This document shows positions 52,990-64,000 of a DNA stretch of 64,000 nt, piece after piece (within the stretch, counting starts at the first letter, position 1; the number at the start of each line of letters is the position of its first letter). Source of the stretch: Vicugna vicugna (taxonomy: Eukaryota); assembly GCA_013265495.1 (NCBI GenBank), contig MU058636.1:7332295-7396294 (forward strand). The letters run 5' to 3'. The position numbers and the translations under genes were made by a program. The notes under the pieces are model-generated. The model had not been told where the DNA came from. It made no database searches and saw only the letters and a list, made by a program, of their open reading frames with translations.

Positions 52990-53720
52990 CCACCTTGGGC
53001 TCATGGCACTGTCCCCTCAGTCTGCAGCATCTCCCTCTCAGACCTTCATGGCTGCCTCTGTCATCTTCTTCAAGTCTTTGTTCAAATGCCACCTTCCTAT
53101 TGAAGTATTCTCCAACTACAGTTGACCCTTGAACAACACGGGTTTGAACTGTGCGGGTCCACTTATACATGGATTTTCTTCAATAAACATCATACCTGTA
53201 TTTTCACTTTACAGACCTTTAAATGAATGAAGTGTGGGGAAGAGTTTATGCTCAATTAGCGATCACAATATGCAGACTTGAAAGAACTAGGGTTTCAATT
53301 CTGATTCTATGCAAAAGGTTTCAGCATCCTGCCCTTGGGTGAGTCAAATTTCAATTTCTTTGTTTTTGAGGCAGAGAGAGCAGTATACATATTTTCAACT
53401 GTGCGGCGGTTGGTGCCCCTAACTCCCGTGCTGTTCAAGGGTCAATTGTACATTACTTACAATTGCACCCCCGATCCTCCCACCCACCACCACGCCCCAC
53501 ACCGCCCTTTCTCCTCTTCCCTGCTTCAGTCTTCTTCACAGCACTGATCTTCTGATATTCTATGTAATCTATTCATGACTGTACTTATCAAATATCTTCC
53601 TCTCCCAGAATATAAGCTCCATGTGGGCAAGAGTTTTGCCCTCTTTAGTTCACTGTTATATACCTAGTGCTCAGGATGGAGCCTGGCACATAGTAGATAT
53701 TCACTGAGTATTAGTCAAAT
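52990..53720 (+). mobile_element. LINE-2 (L2a-like) 3' end, interrupted by a Tigger MITE
   Basis: tcaagtctttgttcaaatgccaccttcc [insert] ...agaatataagctccatgtgggcaag...gttcactg...gcctggcacatagtag. Confidence 0.8.
53119..53448. mobile_element. Tigger2-family MITE with intact TIRs and TA TSD
   Basis: ta|cagttgacccttgaacaacacggg ... cccgtgctgttcaagggtcaattg|ta: 24-bp TIRs with 2 mismatches, TA at 53117-53118 and 53449-53450. Confidence 0.92.
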
Positions 53721-55839
53721 TCAGTAGAATCTATACCCATATGCATACACACACAGATATAAGACCAGGCACCTGTGATATAATAAATTGAATTCACATT
53801 GTCTCTAAACCCTCCTACACTTAGCGTATTCATCTAGCTCACCTTGTATATTTGGAAAACCCATTGTACAGGGTAACAGTTTATTTCTCACTTGAGGAAG
53901 ACGAAACAACAGTACTCATTTTTCCATAGGCCTTTAAAACTAATCACAGTATAAACTAATCTTCTGACTTCTAAAGAAATTCTCAAAATAATTCTGCTGA
54001 AAGGCCATCAGGCGGGAAATAAACATCAAAAAAGTGATTAAAACATAGATTTAGCTAAACTGACACCAAGGTTGAGGGGCAAACCTATTACAAAAGAATA
54101 CGTTTTGTTTTCTCCAGTGATAGTCAACTCAAAAGTTTTATAACCTCAGTTCTCAAAAGTTGGGCAGGGAATTCTGTGGTTACAGCAAAGAAATGACCCA
54201 GCTATCACACTGGTGGGACGCCCTGCAAGTGAACACAACTAACTAAACTAAAGGTAGAGACTGATTTTGTCTTTGATCAAAACGATGCTAGTTTTCCCCT
54301 TGACCTTCGCTCCTCCCCTCCCCTGTACCTATATAGGTGTGGATTCTTTTAGTTCCATTGCTGGCATTTCTTGACAAGGCTGGCTGCTGTATTTTCTCGG
54401 CTTCGTCCTGATTATTTGATAAGATTCATATGAATTTAGAGAAACTCTTCTTCAGGTCAATTTTAGGTCTCCAAGAAAAGTGGGACTCCTGACTTCACAA
54501 TGACTCTGCCTATTGTAACAAGAAGATAAGTAACTCACATAATTTTCTTTTTGAATAAAAGCTTTATCCAATTTACTTGTTTTTCAGATCCATCAGAGAG
54601 AGAAAATCCAGCTTTAGGCAGCGAAGAGTCATATAATGTCAGTATCTTATTGTATTTCTGAACACTTACAATAATGAAAATCTGTAAAGACAACCTACAT
54701 CCACAGACATATCAACTTATTACCCAGTTCTGAAACTCGATTTTAGAACTGCCTTCACATCAAGTATTTTTCCACAGTAATTTTTCACTTCATCTGCTTT
54801 CCGGTAAGTAGATATTTAACTTCTCAGAACTTTCTTCGTTGAAACCCCAAGAACGCTTGACACACAGAAGGCTCTTAACACATGCATGGTGTGGGAATTG
54901 AACCGGCAGGTTTCAAACAGGAACAAAAGCCTGAGTGCATATGCCCTGTGGACCCGTGTTAAGAGGAAGGTCCTAACTATACCCTCCTGTACTCAGGGGC
55001 ACATGTGGGTCAGTGCAGGGGACAAAAGAACCTTCTGTCCTCCTCTGTGGGGCTGCTACCTGGCTGCAGGAAGAAAATGACCCAGCCAGCGCTGGGCACT
55101 GGATCTGAGGCTGGCTTCCCATCGCAACCCCTGAGGAAACATATGAAGATATTGTAGCTTTTCATTTCTTTTTCTTTTTGTCTGAGAGCCTGCAGGCAGC
55201 TTTGCTGCGACTGGTCTTTGGCTTGACAGGCCCGTAGCAGCATTACTTAGCTGGGAAGAGCAGGGGCCTGGAAACAAGGCAGACCTTATTTCCACTCTGT
55301 GCTCTGCCAGGATTTATCCGCAGGCAGAATTTGGATGTTTAAGGCTCCGAAATGGCCAGAATTAACGGCTAATGTTAGTAAGATGCTGGCTGGCATGGAT
55401 ATAATTCAAGTACTCGATGGAGGTTCAAACATGCAATTAAAGGAGAACCTGGCTCGACATCTCATCAGAAGCCCCCGGGAATTCAGCGGGCCACAAGCTA
55501 ACCATGAGCCCGCATTGTTTGGTAACTGTTTAAAGAAACCATCATCACTCTTAGGCTGCAATCTGAGTAAGTTTGAAGCCTCTATTAAGTAAGTTTATAT
55601 TCTCTACACTATTTGAAGCCCCCAAGGACTCCTGCATCAGTTCAGGGTTTATTTTAAGGAGGATATTGCTGACCACAAAGTACCCAAAGTACCCAAAGAA
55701 ATGTAACCAGGATAGTAGGGTGGTCTTAAGACATCTTTGCCTAAAGAAATCCGGAGAAGAAAGCTTTGGGGAAGTTTCAGGTCTCAGTCCTTAAGCACCT
55801 GCAGGGCTGACAGGTGGAGAAGACTCCTCTGCATCCACT

Positions 55840-57410
55840 GATGCGGGTAATATTTCTTGGTCACTTATTATAGTCAGAGCACTGTGACGGGTGCTGTGGG
55901 AGACAGATTAATGAGATGCAGGACCAACCTGAAGGCACTCGCAATCAAGTAAGATAAAATGCAGAGTCTGAGATCCCTGATTTTCAACCCAATTCTGTTA
56001 CCGACTCAGTATGTGACCTTCAGCAGTTTCTTCACTTCTCTTAACTTGGCATTTTTTATTTGTAGAGCAACACCGCAGTTTTCCTGAGGATTAAGTGAGA
56101 TAAATAGCTATAAAAAGAATGGGAAATCAGTCATTGATTAAAACCAAGTAGATGGGGGAAGGCTTTATGGAAAAAAAAAAAGACAACTTTTGAATTGAAC
56201 CTCAAAGGACAAGAGGGAGTTTGTTTTGGGTGATACGAGGAAAAGAAAGAAGAGCATTCGAGGTTGCTGGGACTGTGTGAGTGAAGGCAGAGATATGGAG
56301 AATGAACAGTTCCTTTGGGGTATCAGCAAATAATATAGTGGCTGGAGTGCAGAGGAAGAGTAAAGTGATGAGAACGGCTGGAAAGACACAAGGCTGAATT
56401 ATGACCGCCCCAGAAGGCCACTCCATGGAGGCCTGGGCAGTGGGGGGCCAGCCATGTGAATTTAGAAGACTCAGTCAATTCAAACATGGCTGGAGCCAGG
56501 AAAGCAAGTTCAAGAATCTCTGTAAGAGTCTAAGCAAGAGATGATGAAGAACTGACCCAAGAAAATGGCAGTGGTATTGGATGGAAAGCAGGGGGCAAAG
56601 CGTTGGATGTGAGGAGTGAGGGTGAGGGGTGAGTAAAGACGATTCCGTGTCTTACAACCTTCGTGTTAAGGAGAATGCTGCTGCCGTGAACTAGTACAGG
56701 AAACACACAAGGAGAAACACAGTCGACCGAGAAGATGATGAGTTCAGTTGTGGGCTGTGCTGAATTTCAAGTGACCGTGAAATAGTCGTCAGAAAGTTCA
56801 CAATAGAAAGTTGGAAATAAGATTCAGGAGCTCATAAGAGGAGTCAGGCTTAGAGACGTAGATTTGAGAGGAGGTATGTTTAAAGATTAAGAATGTGCTG
56901 TCAAACAGAAACAAACTTGGGTTTGCCTTCCACACTAACTAGCTGTGTGGCCTCGGTCGAATTATTTATCATCAAAGGCATAATTTCCTTAATTGTAAAA
57001 TTGGGAAAATTATACGTACTTCAAAGGCTGTGTCTTATTGTATACCATCTGGTTGCCATTTGTCACCGTCACCATCTACCATAACCATCATTGCTGAAAC
57101 CATTAAGGTGGAGGAACTTGGCTAGGAACAGAGAGTAATTAAGCAGAAGAAAGGGGTGTGGAATGAATCTTAAGGAATCGTTAATAAGGGCTATACAGCA
57201 GAAGAACAAACCTGAAGAAGTTCAGAAACGGTCAGGGAGGTGGACAGAAGACCAGGAGAGACCAAGAAGGACACGGGGGGAAATCATCAAAAGTGTCAAA
57301 TGCTTTGAAGAAGTCAAGGAGGGAAAAAATGGAGAATATGGGACAAAATGATGCCAAGTGAAGGTTGTCTAGGGGAACTGTCACCTAAGTGGTAGAAGTG
57401 GAAGGCAGTT
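55840..57410 (-). mobile_element. Degenerate LINE-2 with nested MIR fragments (about 55960-56110 and 56880-57050)
   Basis: Reverse L2 motifs gcaagagatgatgaagaactga, ttggatgtgaggagtgagg and gatgatgagttcagtt...gctgaatttcaagtg. MIR motifs tatgtgacctt and cactaactagctgtgtggcctcgg. Confidence 0.6.
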
Positions 57411-57429
57411 CCAAATGTAATAGGATTCC

Positions 57430-57583
57430 AGGCGGGAGGGTACAGCTCAAGTGATAAAGTGCATGCTTATTAGCATGCACAAGCTCCTGGGTTCAATCCC
57501 CAGCACCTCCTCTAAAAACAAACAAATAAACCTAATTACCTCCCAAAGCTTCCCCACCCTTACCCCCCAAAAAAGAAAATCCA
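57430..57583 (+). mobile_element. Vic-1-type tRNA-derived SINE (camelid)
   Basis: gggagggtacagctcaagtg (A-box like)...gtgcatgctta..gcatgcac...cctgggttcaatccccagcacctcc (B box), followed by aaataaacctaattacctccc and an A tail. Flanking repeats caaatgtaataggattc (57412-57428) and caaatgcaatagggttc (57584-57600) match at 15/17 positions. Confidence 0.88.
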
Positions 57584-58649
57584 CAAATGCAATAGGGTTC
57601 AAAATGGAATTTTCACCCAGACCCCAACGGGATGTGTATCAGGTACCAAAGTGAACTGCGAGATGGATCACCTTCCAGAAATGCCAAAGTAGACGTAAAC
57701 CAACAATTACATGCCTTAGTCTAAGTGGACTAAGAAGACCCACGTTCAGAGGCATAAAAGGCTTACGTCATGAGAGAGAAGGGGAATTTGTGAGGATTCC
57801 GTTAGAGACAGCTGTGCTGTGAAGACCCTCATTCCAAAAGCGGGGAGACGCTCCCCCTCGCCTCAGGTGGGGCTGCCCTGGGAGGTGTGAAGAGCTCGTT
57901 GGTGTCATCTCTGGATGGAGGGAAGTAACAGACCGGAGGCTGAGCGCCTGGCTCCCACCCGAGAACCCTGGCAGCAGAGTAAAGGAGATCTGACTGCAAT
58001 GAGTGGCTTGCTGCTCGGGCAAGGGCCATATGGGTGTCTTGATGGATCAGAGAGAGTGAGTTGGCATGAAGATAATTTAAATTCTTCCCAAGAGGATCAT
58101 GTGAGGGCAACACGGAGAGCTTTGGAAAACAAGAACCAAGGGAGAAATATCCAAAGCTGGAAGAAACCCCAAAGAACCCATGAAAACACAGGAGAAATTG
58201 TCTTTGAAGAGCGTCTGCGGGCCCAGAGCGCAGGAGCCCTGTTACCGTAGTGCGGTCATGTGAGGACTCCCCTTCTTCCTCATCACCTGCTCCACTGCCC
58301 CCTTCCCTACTCTGAGCCTGGAAGGACCAAAAACAACAGGAAGGAGGCAAATAAAGGGGAGAGAAGGTATCAACCCACTTTTTTCCTTCAGAGGAGGACC
58401 TCACTACATGGGGCCCCAGACAGGTAAGGACAAAGAACTCCAATTCCGAATGACTATTGCACGGGACTGGGTATTTCCACTTCTGAATTGAGATGGGGTT
58501 TGTAGCTGGAAGAGTCCATAACACTTTTTACTATCTTAGGAGGGAGCAGAAGAGTCTTGAGAGATTCACCCGAGTGTCATTTAGTGGCAAAAGAAAATTT
58601 TCACCACCATTGAAAGCTAAAAGATAGCAGAAAACAGTCTTATAAATGA

Positions 58650-58674
58650 AAAAACAAAACAAAACAAAACAAAA
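58650..58674. repeat. (AAAAC)n microsatellite
   Basis: Read directly. Confidence 0.9.
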
Positions 58675-61600
58675 CCATAATTCTTGTGTTTTCAAAGTAC
58701 CATTTACCCAAAGGTATAAAAAGTGAGTCAGGATGAGGAAATGGAAGCTTCAAGGACAGTAGTTTTTTAAAAGCTGTTTGGCAGAGACAGAAAGGGCATC
58801 ATGGTTTATTGAGATGATTGACAGCTCTTTTAGGACAGGAGACATTTAGGCAGGGCCACGGTCTGAGGAGAAAGAGACAGTAAAGCTAGGGTAAAGCAAC
58901 ACAACCTCGAGAACAGTAGGAAGGGAATGCTGATATGGTAAGGTCACAAACAAGAGAGAAGACAAAATCAAGAACACTGTGATTGCCGTTAGAAAGGAAG
59001 AGAGACTCTTCTTCCTTTGCAAGATGGGAGAAGAAGGGGAGAAGATGAATGAAGACATAGGGTCTAGAAGAAAAGGAAAATAAAACAGTTTACTCTGAAT
59101 GACTGCTCATCATGGCAGTTTAGGAGGAAAGCTCGTCTTCTAAGAATGAAGGCAGTGCGTGGTTTGTATTACTCTGGAGGGTGGAATTAGGACCACTGTG
59201 CACAAGCTAGAGAGAGATTTTTTTTTTGGTTCAATATAAGAGAGAACTTATTAAAAATCAGCTCCAGTGGACAGTGGAACTGGCCTTCTTATAAAGGTGT
59301 AAGCTGCCAAAGCAGAGGGTTCTAGTTGGGGACGGATAAACAACTGTTGCAGTGCTGTCTGGAGGGAGAGTGAACTCACGGCCTCCAAGACTCTTAATGT
59401 ACAGAATTCATTCTCAATGTTATATTTTGTAGGCAGTCTCATGTGAACAATTCAGGTGTCACTGTTACTGAATACAATAAAAAGAAGCCCACGAGGACTT
59501 GAAGAGAAAATGTAAAGAAAAGATTTCATGTGTTATACAACATCTTGCTTTCCTAAGTAGAAAATCATCTATTTGTAGAAAAGGAACTAACTTGTGCTTG
59601 AGTTAGAGTCTGTCTCCAAAGTGTAATATGTCTCTCTATGTCTCTAACGTATCTGTATGTCTCCAAAGGTTGGCAGTGGATTAAATTAGAAAGTATCACT
59701 CTGTTCTGGGGAACTTTATGTTTATGCATGAGCTAAAATGTAGCCATGGTGGAGGAAGTCTCCAGAACCCTTTGAGTTTTTCCACTGCTAAGAGGCAAAT
59801 GGGAACTTGCTGACAAGAGCAAAGCACATTAGCCAATGGGCTCTCTGTTCAGAACTCAAAACAAACAAACAAAAACTTAAAATCCCCTGTTTCAAACATG
59901 AGGCTGCATTCTAGAAATCAGTGTAATCAGGGGTGATCATACCAGATTTTCTATATGACAATGAAATGTCACAGAAACTTGGCAGTTATTCAACAAGACA
60001 ATCACAATGTTTTTTTGAAATAAGAACTGTACATTCCTAACATTAACATCTATTAAAGCAATAAAATATTCCAGCATTAAGTACCAGACATCTCAAAGAA
60101 ACCTGGCCACAGATTCAATTTAAACTGGCCATGTGATCCAATTAAAATTTAAATAGATAAAGAATTGTCAGTCTGTTGTGACCCATTAGATGTTTAACCA
60201 CAATATTTTTTCAAAGATGTAAAATATACAAGAACTTCAAGCAACAATCAATATTCTGAATCAAAGTGTAGCACTTATGATCCTTTGACATCTTCAGACA
60301 TAAGCAATATTAAAAGTCATATGAAAGGCCAGATTTCATGGAAGTGTTCCTGCCTACAATTATATGTACCAACGCACTGCCTGGCACGTGGTAAGTCAGC
60401 TTACTTATTGAATAAATGAATGGATGCAGGAAAAAAGGAGTGAAGTTTGTTAGCAGTAGCTCAAAAGCCACTTTGTGAGGAGGTACCATCCATCCATCCA
60501 GAGAGCATCTTCCTAGTGTTCCAAATGACTTTGTGGTTTCTCAGTGTAGAAACCCAGGATAGAGCAGCAGGGCCATTAAAATCCCTTTGACTCAAATCTA
60601 CGTGGACCTAAGGGCTGGGTCTCCTGAACACTGTCAGTTTTAGAAGTCTGAGTGGTTCTAAATGCGATTTGGTTTAATATTCCAGAGATTCCCTCCAGCA
60701 AAAGGTGGACATCTTCCAAAGTCCCTTAATTTTCTCTTACCTCCACCACAGGAATACAAGTTGAGAGTGGGGTGGGGGGTGGGGGGAAGCCATACATAAT
60801 CACTTTTTGGTTCTAAAGAGCACCAAAAGCAAATCATGGTGACATCTGCCTCCAATTAGGCCCCGCCAGTGCATCTACGTGGCTGAGTCCAGCTGCAATC
60901 CACCAGGAGGTATATTTCAGCTGAGGTGTCATTCACTAAACATCGCTCACTAAGTAATAAGGAACACAGTTTTCAACGTGCTTTGACATTTATTATTTCA
61001 TTTGAGGTCCATTACAACCCAGAGGAGGAAAGGTGTTTCACAGAATGGGAAGCAGGCTTGGAGATGAAGAGACCACACAGCAAGGAGGACACGGCGCTGG
61101 GACTAGACTTTGTCTTCTAACCCTGCTCTGATGCTGTTTCTACTACTCCAGGTTCTAATGCTTGTCTCTTATCGCCTAGAGTTGGGGAAAGCAATCAGGA
61201 TCCTGCGGTGCATGGCGCCTGATGTAGCTCATCTCATTCAGAACCTGATGTAGCTCATCTCTGGAAAGTGGTCAGGATGGAGGATTTCTAGAAACATTTA
61301 TCAAGTGGATCCTGGGTACCTGACACCATGGGGGGGGGCCCATAAGAGAAGCTGAGGAAATGACCCTTTTAGAAGCACATCCCCAGGAAGAACACTGTAC
61401 TCCAGATGGGTCTGTCCCGTGCGGGGAGAAGCCAGACCGGCATTCCCCAGAGACAGGACCGTGTGCATGGACACACGCTCCACAGCCCTCAAGCCACAGT
61501 GCAGTTTTCAACGTTCAATAACTTCAGAAGTATAAACGCTACAAACTTAACAAAAAAAGCCAAGTGAAAGCTCAATTATTTAAGTTTCTTCTATACGCCT

Positions 61601-62503
61601 ATGCGATACTTACTATACTTCTAAGTTTGATGAATTTTGAATAGCTTTTTTCATTTTAATTTTTGTTTCAGTCAACATTCACCATCTCCCATCAGAGGGG
61701 CTGAAAGGTTTTATAATACATGATATGCCTACAATTCAAACAGCAAATAAGCCACATCTCACAATACGCCTGCAGTCTACTGAAAGCAATTTTCACATGT
61801 GCTGCTGCTAAAACTACAAACTGCACTGCTCCTGGTCAAATTCTTAATAAAATACCCCTAGAGAGCTGCTTTTTGTTTATACCAATTCAATTTTCCCTTT
61901 CTAGATACAATCCACCCTGTTAAAATCCTTGTGGATTCTCATCTGTCTTCGACCATATTTGGGCCCCTCCCATGTGATTTCATCTACACACCATCGACCT
62001 TCTCAAATGGGCATTTCCAGCCACGCTAAACTATGCAGAATCCAAGTCAGACCCTTGGGGTGTGATTTGCAGCCAGCAGCCCCTCCCTTCAGGGACCTTA
62101 TGGGCCAATTCTGATATAGATCTCTTCCAGTATCTTCCACGTCAACCTATAAAACAGTACCTTTTGAACAGGGCAGTTCAATCAATTAAAAAGTACAAGT
62201 ACCTCTATCATTCAGCCCATATACTTTCAATCTTAGTTGAAGAGATTTCAAGAGGGCTCTGTCCAATGCACTGCTGAAATTCTCAGACCATCCCACAGCA
62301 TTCTTCGGATCTGCCAGGTGGGTAACTATCAGTGAAAGGTAAGGGGAGGAGGCAGCCTTGTCATAGCCCTGTTGTCAGTGTATTGTACTAATTATGGTAA
62401 AGCTATAACTGTGCAAATCTTAGACAGGCCAAAACAAACAAATAGAAATGAGTTTACTTATATCTCAAGTTCAAATAAAATCTGGACAACTCCAAACAAT
62501 ATT

Positions 62504-62950
62504 TGTTGGGGTTGAATTGTGTCCCTCCCCCACCTCTCCCATCAAAACAAACAAACAAAAAGATACGTTGAAGACCTGACCCTGGTACCTGTGAATGTGA
62601 CCTTATTTGGAAATAGCATCTGTTTAGCAGATGCAACCAAGTTAAGATGAGGCCTTGCTGGATTCAGGTGAGCCCTAATCCAATACCTGGCATCCTTCCA
62701 AGAAGAGGGCAGTTTGGACACAGAGAAGGCCACGCGGAGAACGGACACAGACACTAGACTGATGCTACGGCAAACCAGGGAGGCCAAGGATTGTCGGCAA
62801 CCATTAGTAACTAGGAAGAGGCAAGCAGGATTTTTCCTTAGAACCTTCAGAAGGAGCCTAGCCCTTCCAGCACCTTGATCTTGAACATCTGGCCTCCTGA
62901 ACCGTTAGAGAGTTAGTTTCTGCCGGGTTTGTTTTTGTTTGTTGAAGACA
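62504..62950 (+). mobile_element. MaLR solo LTR (MLT1B/C-like)
   Basis: tgttggggttgaattgtgtccc...gtacctgtgaatgtgaccttatttggaaatag...gttaagatgagg...gccctaatccaat...caccttgatcttgaacatctggcctcc. Confidence 0.9.
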
Positions 62951-63279
62951 GAGGTAGTTTCCATCACTGCTGACCTTCAGTTCTTCAGATGAGGAAGAAC
63001 CACTGATTGTTAAGGTGTCTGACTGCTTTGCCTTTTCAGCTTTGGAGAGATCAGGGCAAAAAACTATCAAGGAAATGGGTACTTTGTTATGACCCTAGGA
63101 AACCAATACAACACCTAAGCAAAAACACGTAAGCATAAACTTATGCCTCTTAGCACTGGGATCAAGACCCCTCAGGAAACGGTAAAAAGAGAGGATGAGC
63201 GAGATTTGGAGTCCTGAGCAGGGGGCAGGCATGGGAGGGGTGAAGTAACTGAGTGAAGAAACCAGCCAAGTGGGCTTTG

Positions 63280-64000
63280 AGGCGGGGGAGGTGGGGGCGA
63301 ACAGAAGGGGAAACCAGGAGCAGATGCCCCCCCCCCGCCCCCCGGGTGTGAGGTCGGCACTCCTCCACAAAAGCCCGTCACTTTTTAATGGCAACGAATC
63401 ACAAACTCATCAGTTTATCATCAATATACACGCAAAACCATGTTAAGCCTCCTGTCTCCAATTTGGCATTTTCCTTGATGACGTTTCATCGTTTCTAAAT
63501 CAGACCACAAGCCACGCCGGGGAAGGATCCGCTGGCCTGTCTGTCTCTATATATAGCGCCAGGGCCGTAGCCACCATTTTCGAAGGAGCTAGGACTCCAG
63601 TGATTGATGACGATATTGCTAAAATGGTTACATTTTCAGCTGGAAGCAGGAAAGCATTTTTTTTCCATGTGAAAACTTCGGGGAGGGGGAGGCTCCCCTC
63701 GCAGTTTCTAATTACTGATCTGGCTCCACTGCAGCCCCGCGAAATAAACGTCCTTAACGGCAAGTTGCCGCCCTGGAAAGACCTTAAGAGCTGTCTCCAG
63801 AAGCTTTCCCAGCAGTAATTAGGGGGATGTATTATTGCTAATTCTGAACACACTGGGAGCTGGGTTAATTTTGAGAGCTAAAATAAAAAGTGCCGCCTTG
63901 TGGCAGAAGACCACTTCCGGCGCCATTCAGTCTAGCAGACCCTTCGGTCCGAAGACGGCCGGGCCCCTGTTGGCACTCCTTTGAGGAAGCCACTGTGGAG
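63280..64000. promoter_or_regulatory. CpG-enriched candidate intronic enhancer/promoter
   Basis: About 30 CpGs by hand count in about 720 bp. Contains GC boxes, a perfect MEF2 consensus CTATATATAG (63547-63556), a TGACG half-CRE (63479-63483), and ETS ACTTCCGG abutting YY1-like CGCCATT (63913-63927). Confidence 0.45.

Larger units (their letters stand above)
7368..64000 (-). other. DCLK1: Upstream intron of DCLK1 (partial; the preceding exon was not seen in the window)
   Basis: Ends at the AG acceptor with a polypyrimidine tract and a branch-point-like tactgat at about 7396-7402. I saw no sequence for the preceding exon (DFFGDDDIFIACGPEKFRY). The region is repeat-rich and non-coding. Confidence 0.8.

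Noticed and set aside
54540..54810. Plus-strand acceptor (tttttcag) and donor (ccg|gtaagt) suggesting an antisense exon
   Set aside because: Such splice-like words are expected by chance in 64 kb, and there is no ORF or other support.
57432..57510. tRNA gene
   Set aside because: The A/B boxes belong to a SINE head with a tail and TSD, and no proper cloverleaf is evident.
57829..58524. 231-aa minus-strand ORF or possible ancient LTR remnant
   Set aside because: No recognisable protein family, and I could not define LTR termini or a TSD.
1..64000. CRISPR array, prokaryotic operon, rRNA, other DCLK1 exons, or the short-isoform first exon (MLELIE)
   Set aside because: There is no regularly spaced repeat-spacer array or gene-dense region, and I did not find the neighbouring exon sequences by eye. 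A spliced alignment would confirm this.

Overview
Mammalian genomic DNA, most likely camelid (alpaca/llama/camel), judged from a Vic-1-type tRNA-derived SINE and camelid-type L1 3' ends. The window appears to lie inside the DCLK1 (doublecortin-like kinase 1) gene, transcribed on the minus strand. I can support only one host coding exon: 7251..7367 (117 nt, AG/GT flanked, phase 1-1), encoding (E)[38 protein letters not shown] at the start of the Ser/Pro-rich linker after the DCX domains. The rest is intronic and contains typical interspersed repeats (L1, L2, MIR, CR1/L3, ERV/MaLR solo LTRs, hAT and Tigger MITEs) and microsatellites. I found no convincing novel biological system. The best leads are modest: a CpG-enriched, motif-dense promoter/enhancer-like patch at 63.28-64.0 kb; a hairpin next to the exon's donor site; a candidate 15-nt microexon 2.6 kb downstream; a well-preserved 5'-truncated L1 with a perfect target-site duplication (TSD); and a Tigger2-type MITE with an unrecognised interior nested in an L2. 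Repeat family names are from memory of consensus sequences, not a database search, and boundaries of old repeats are approximate.
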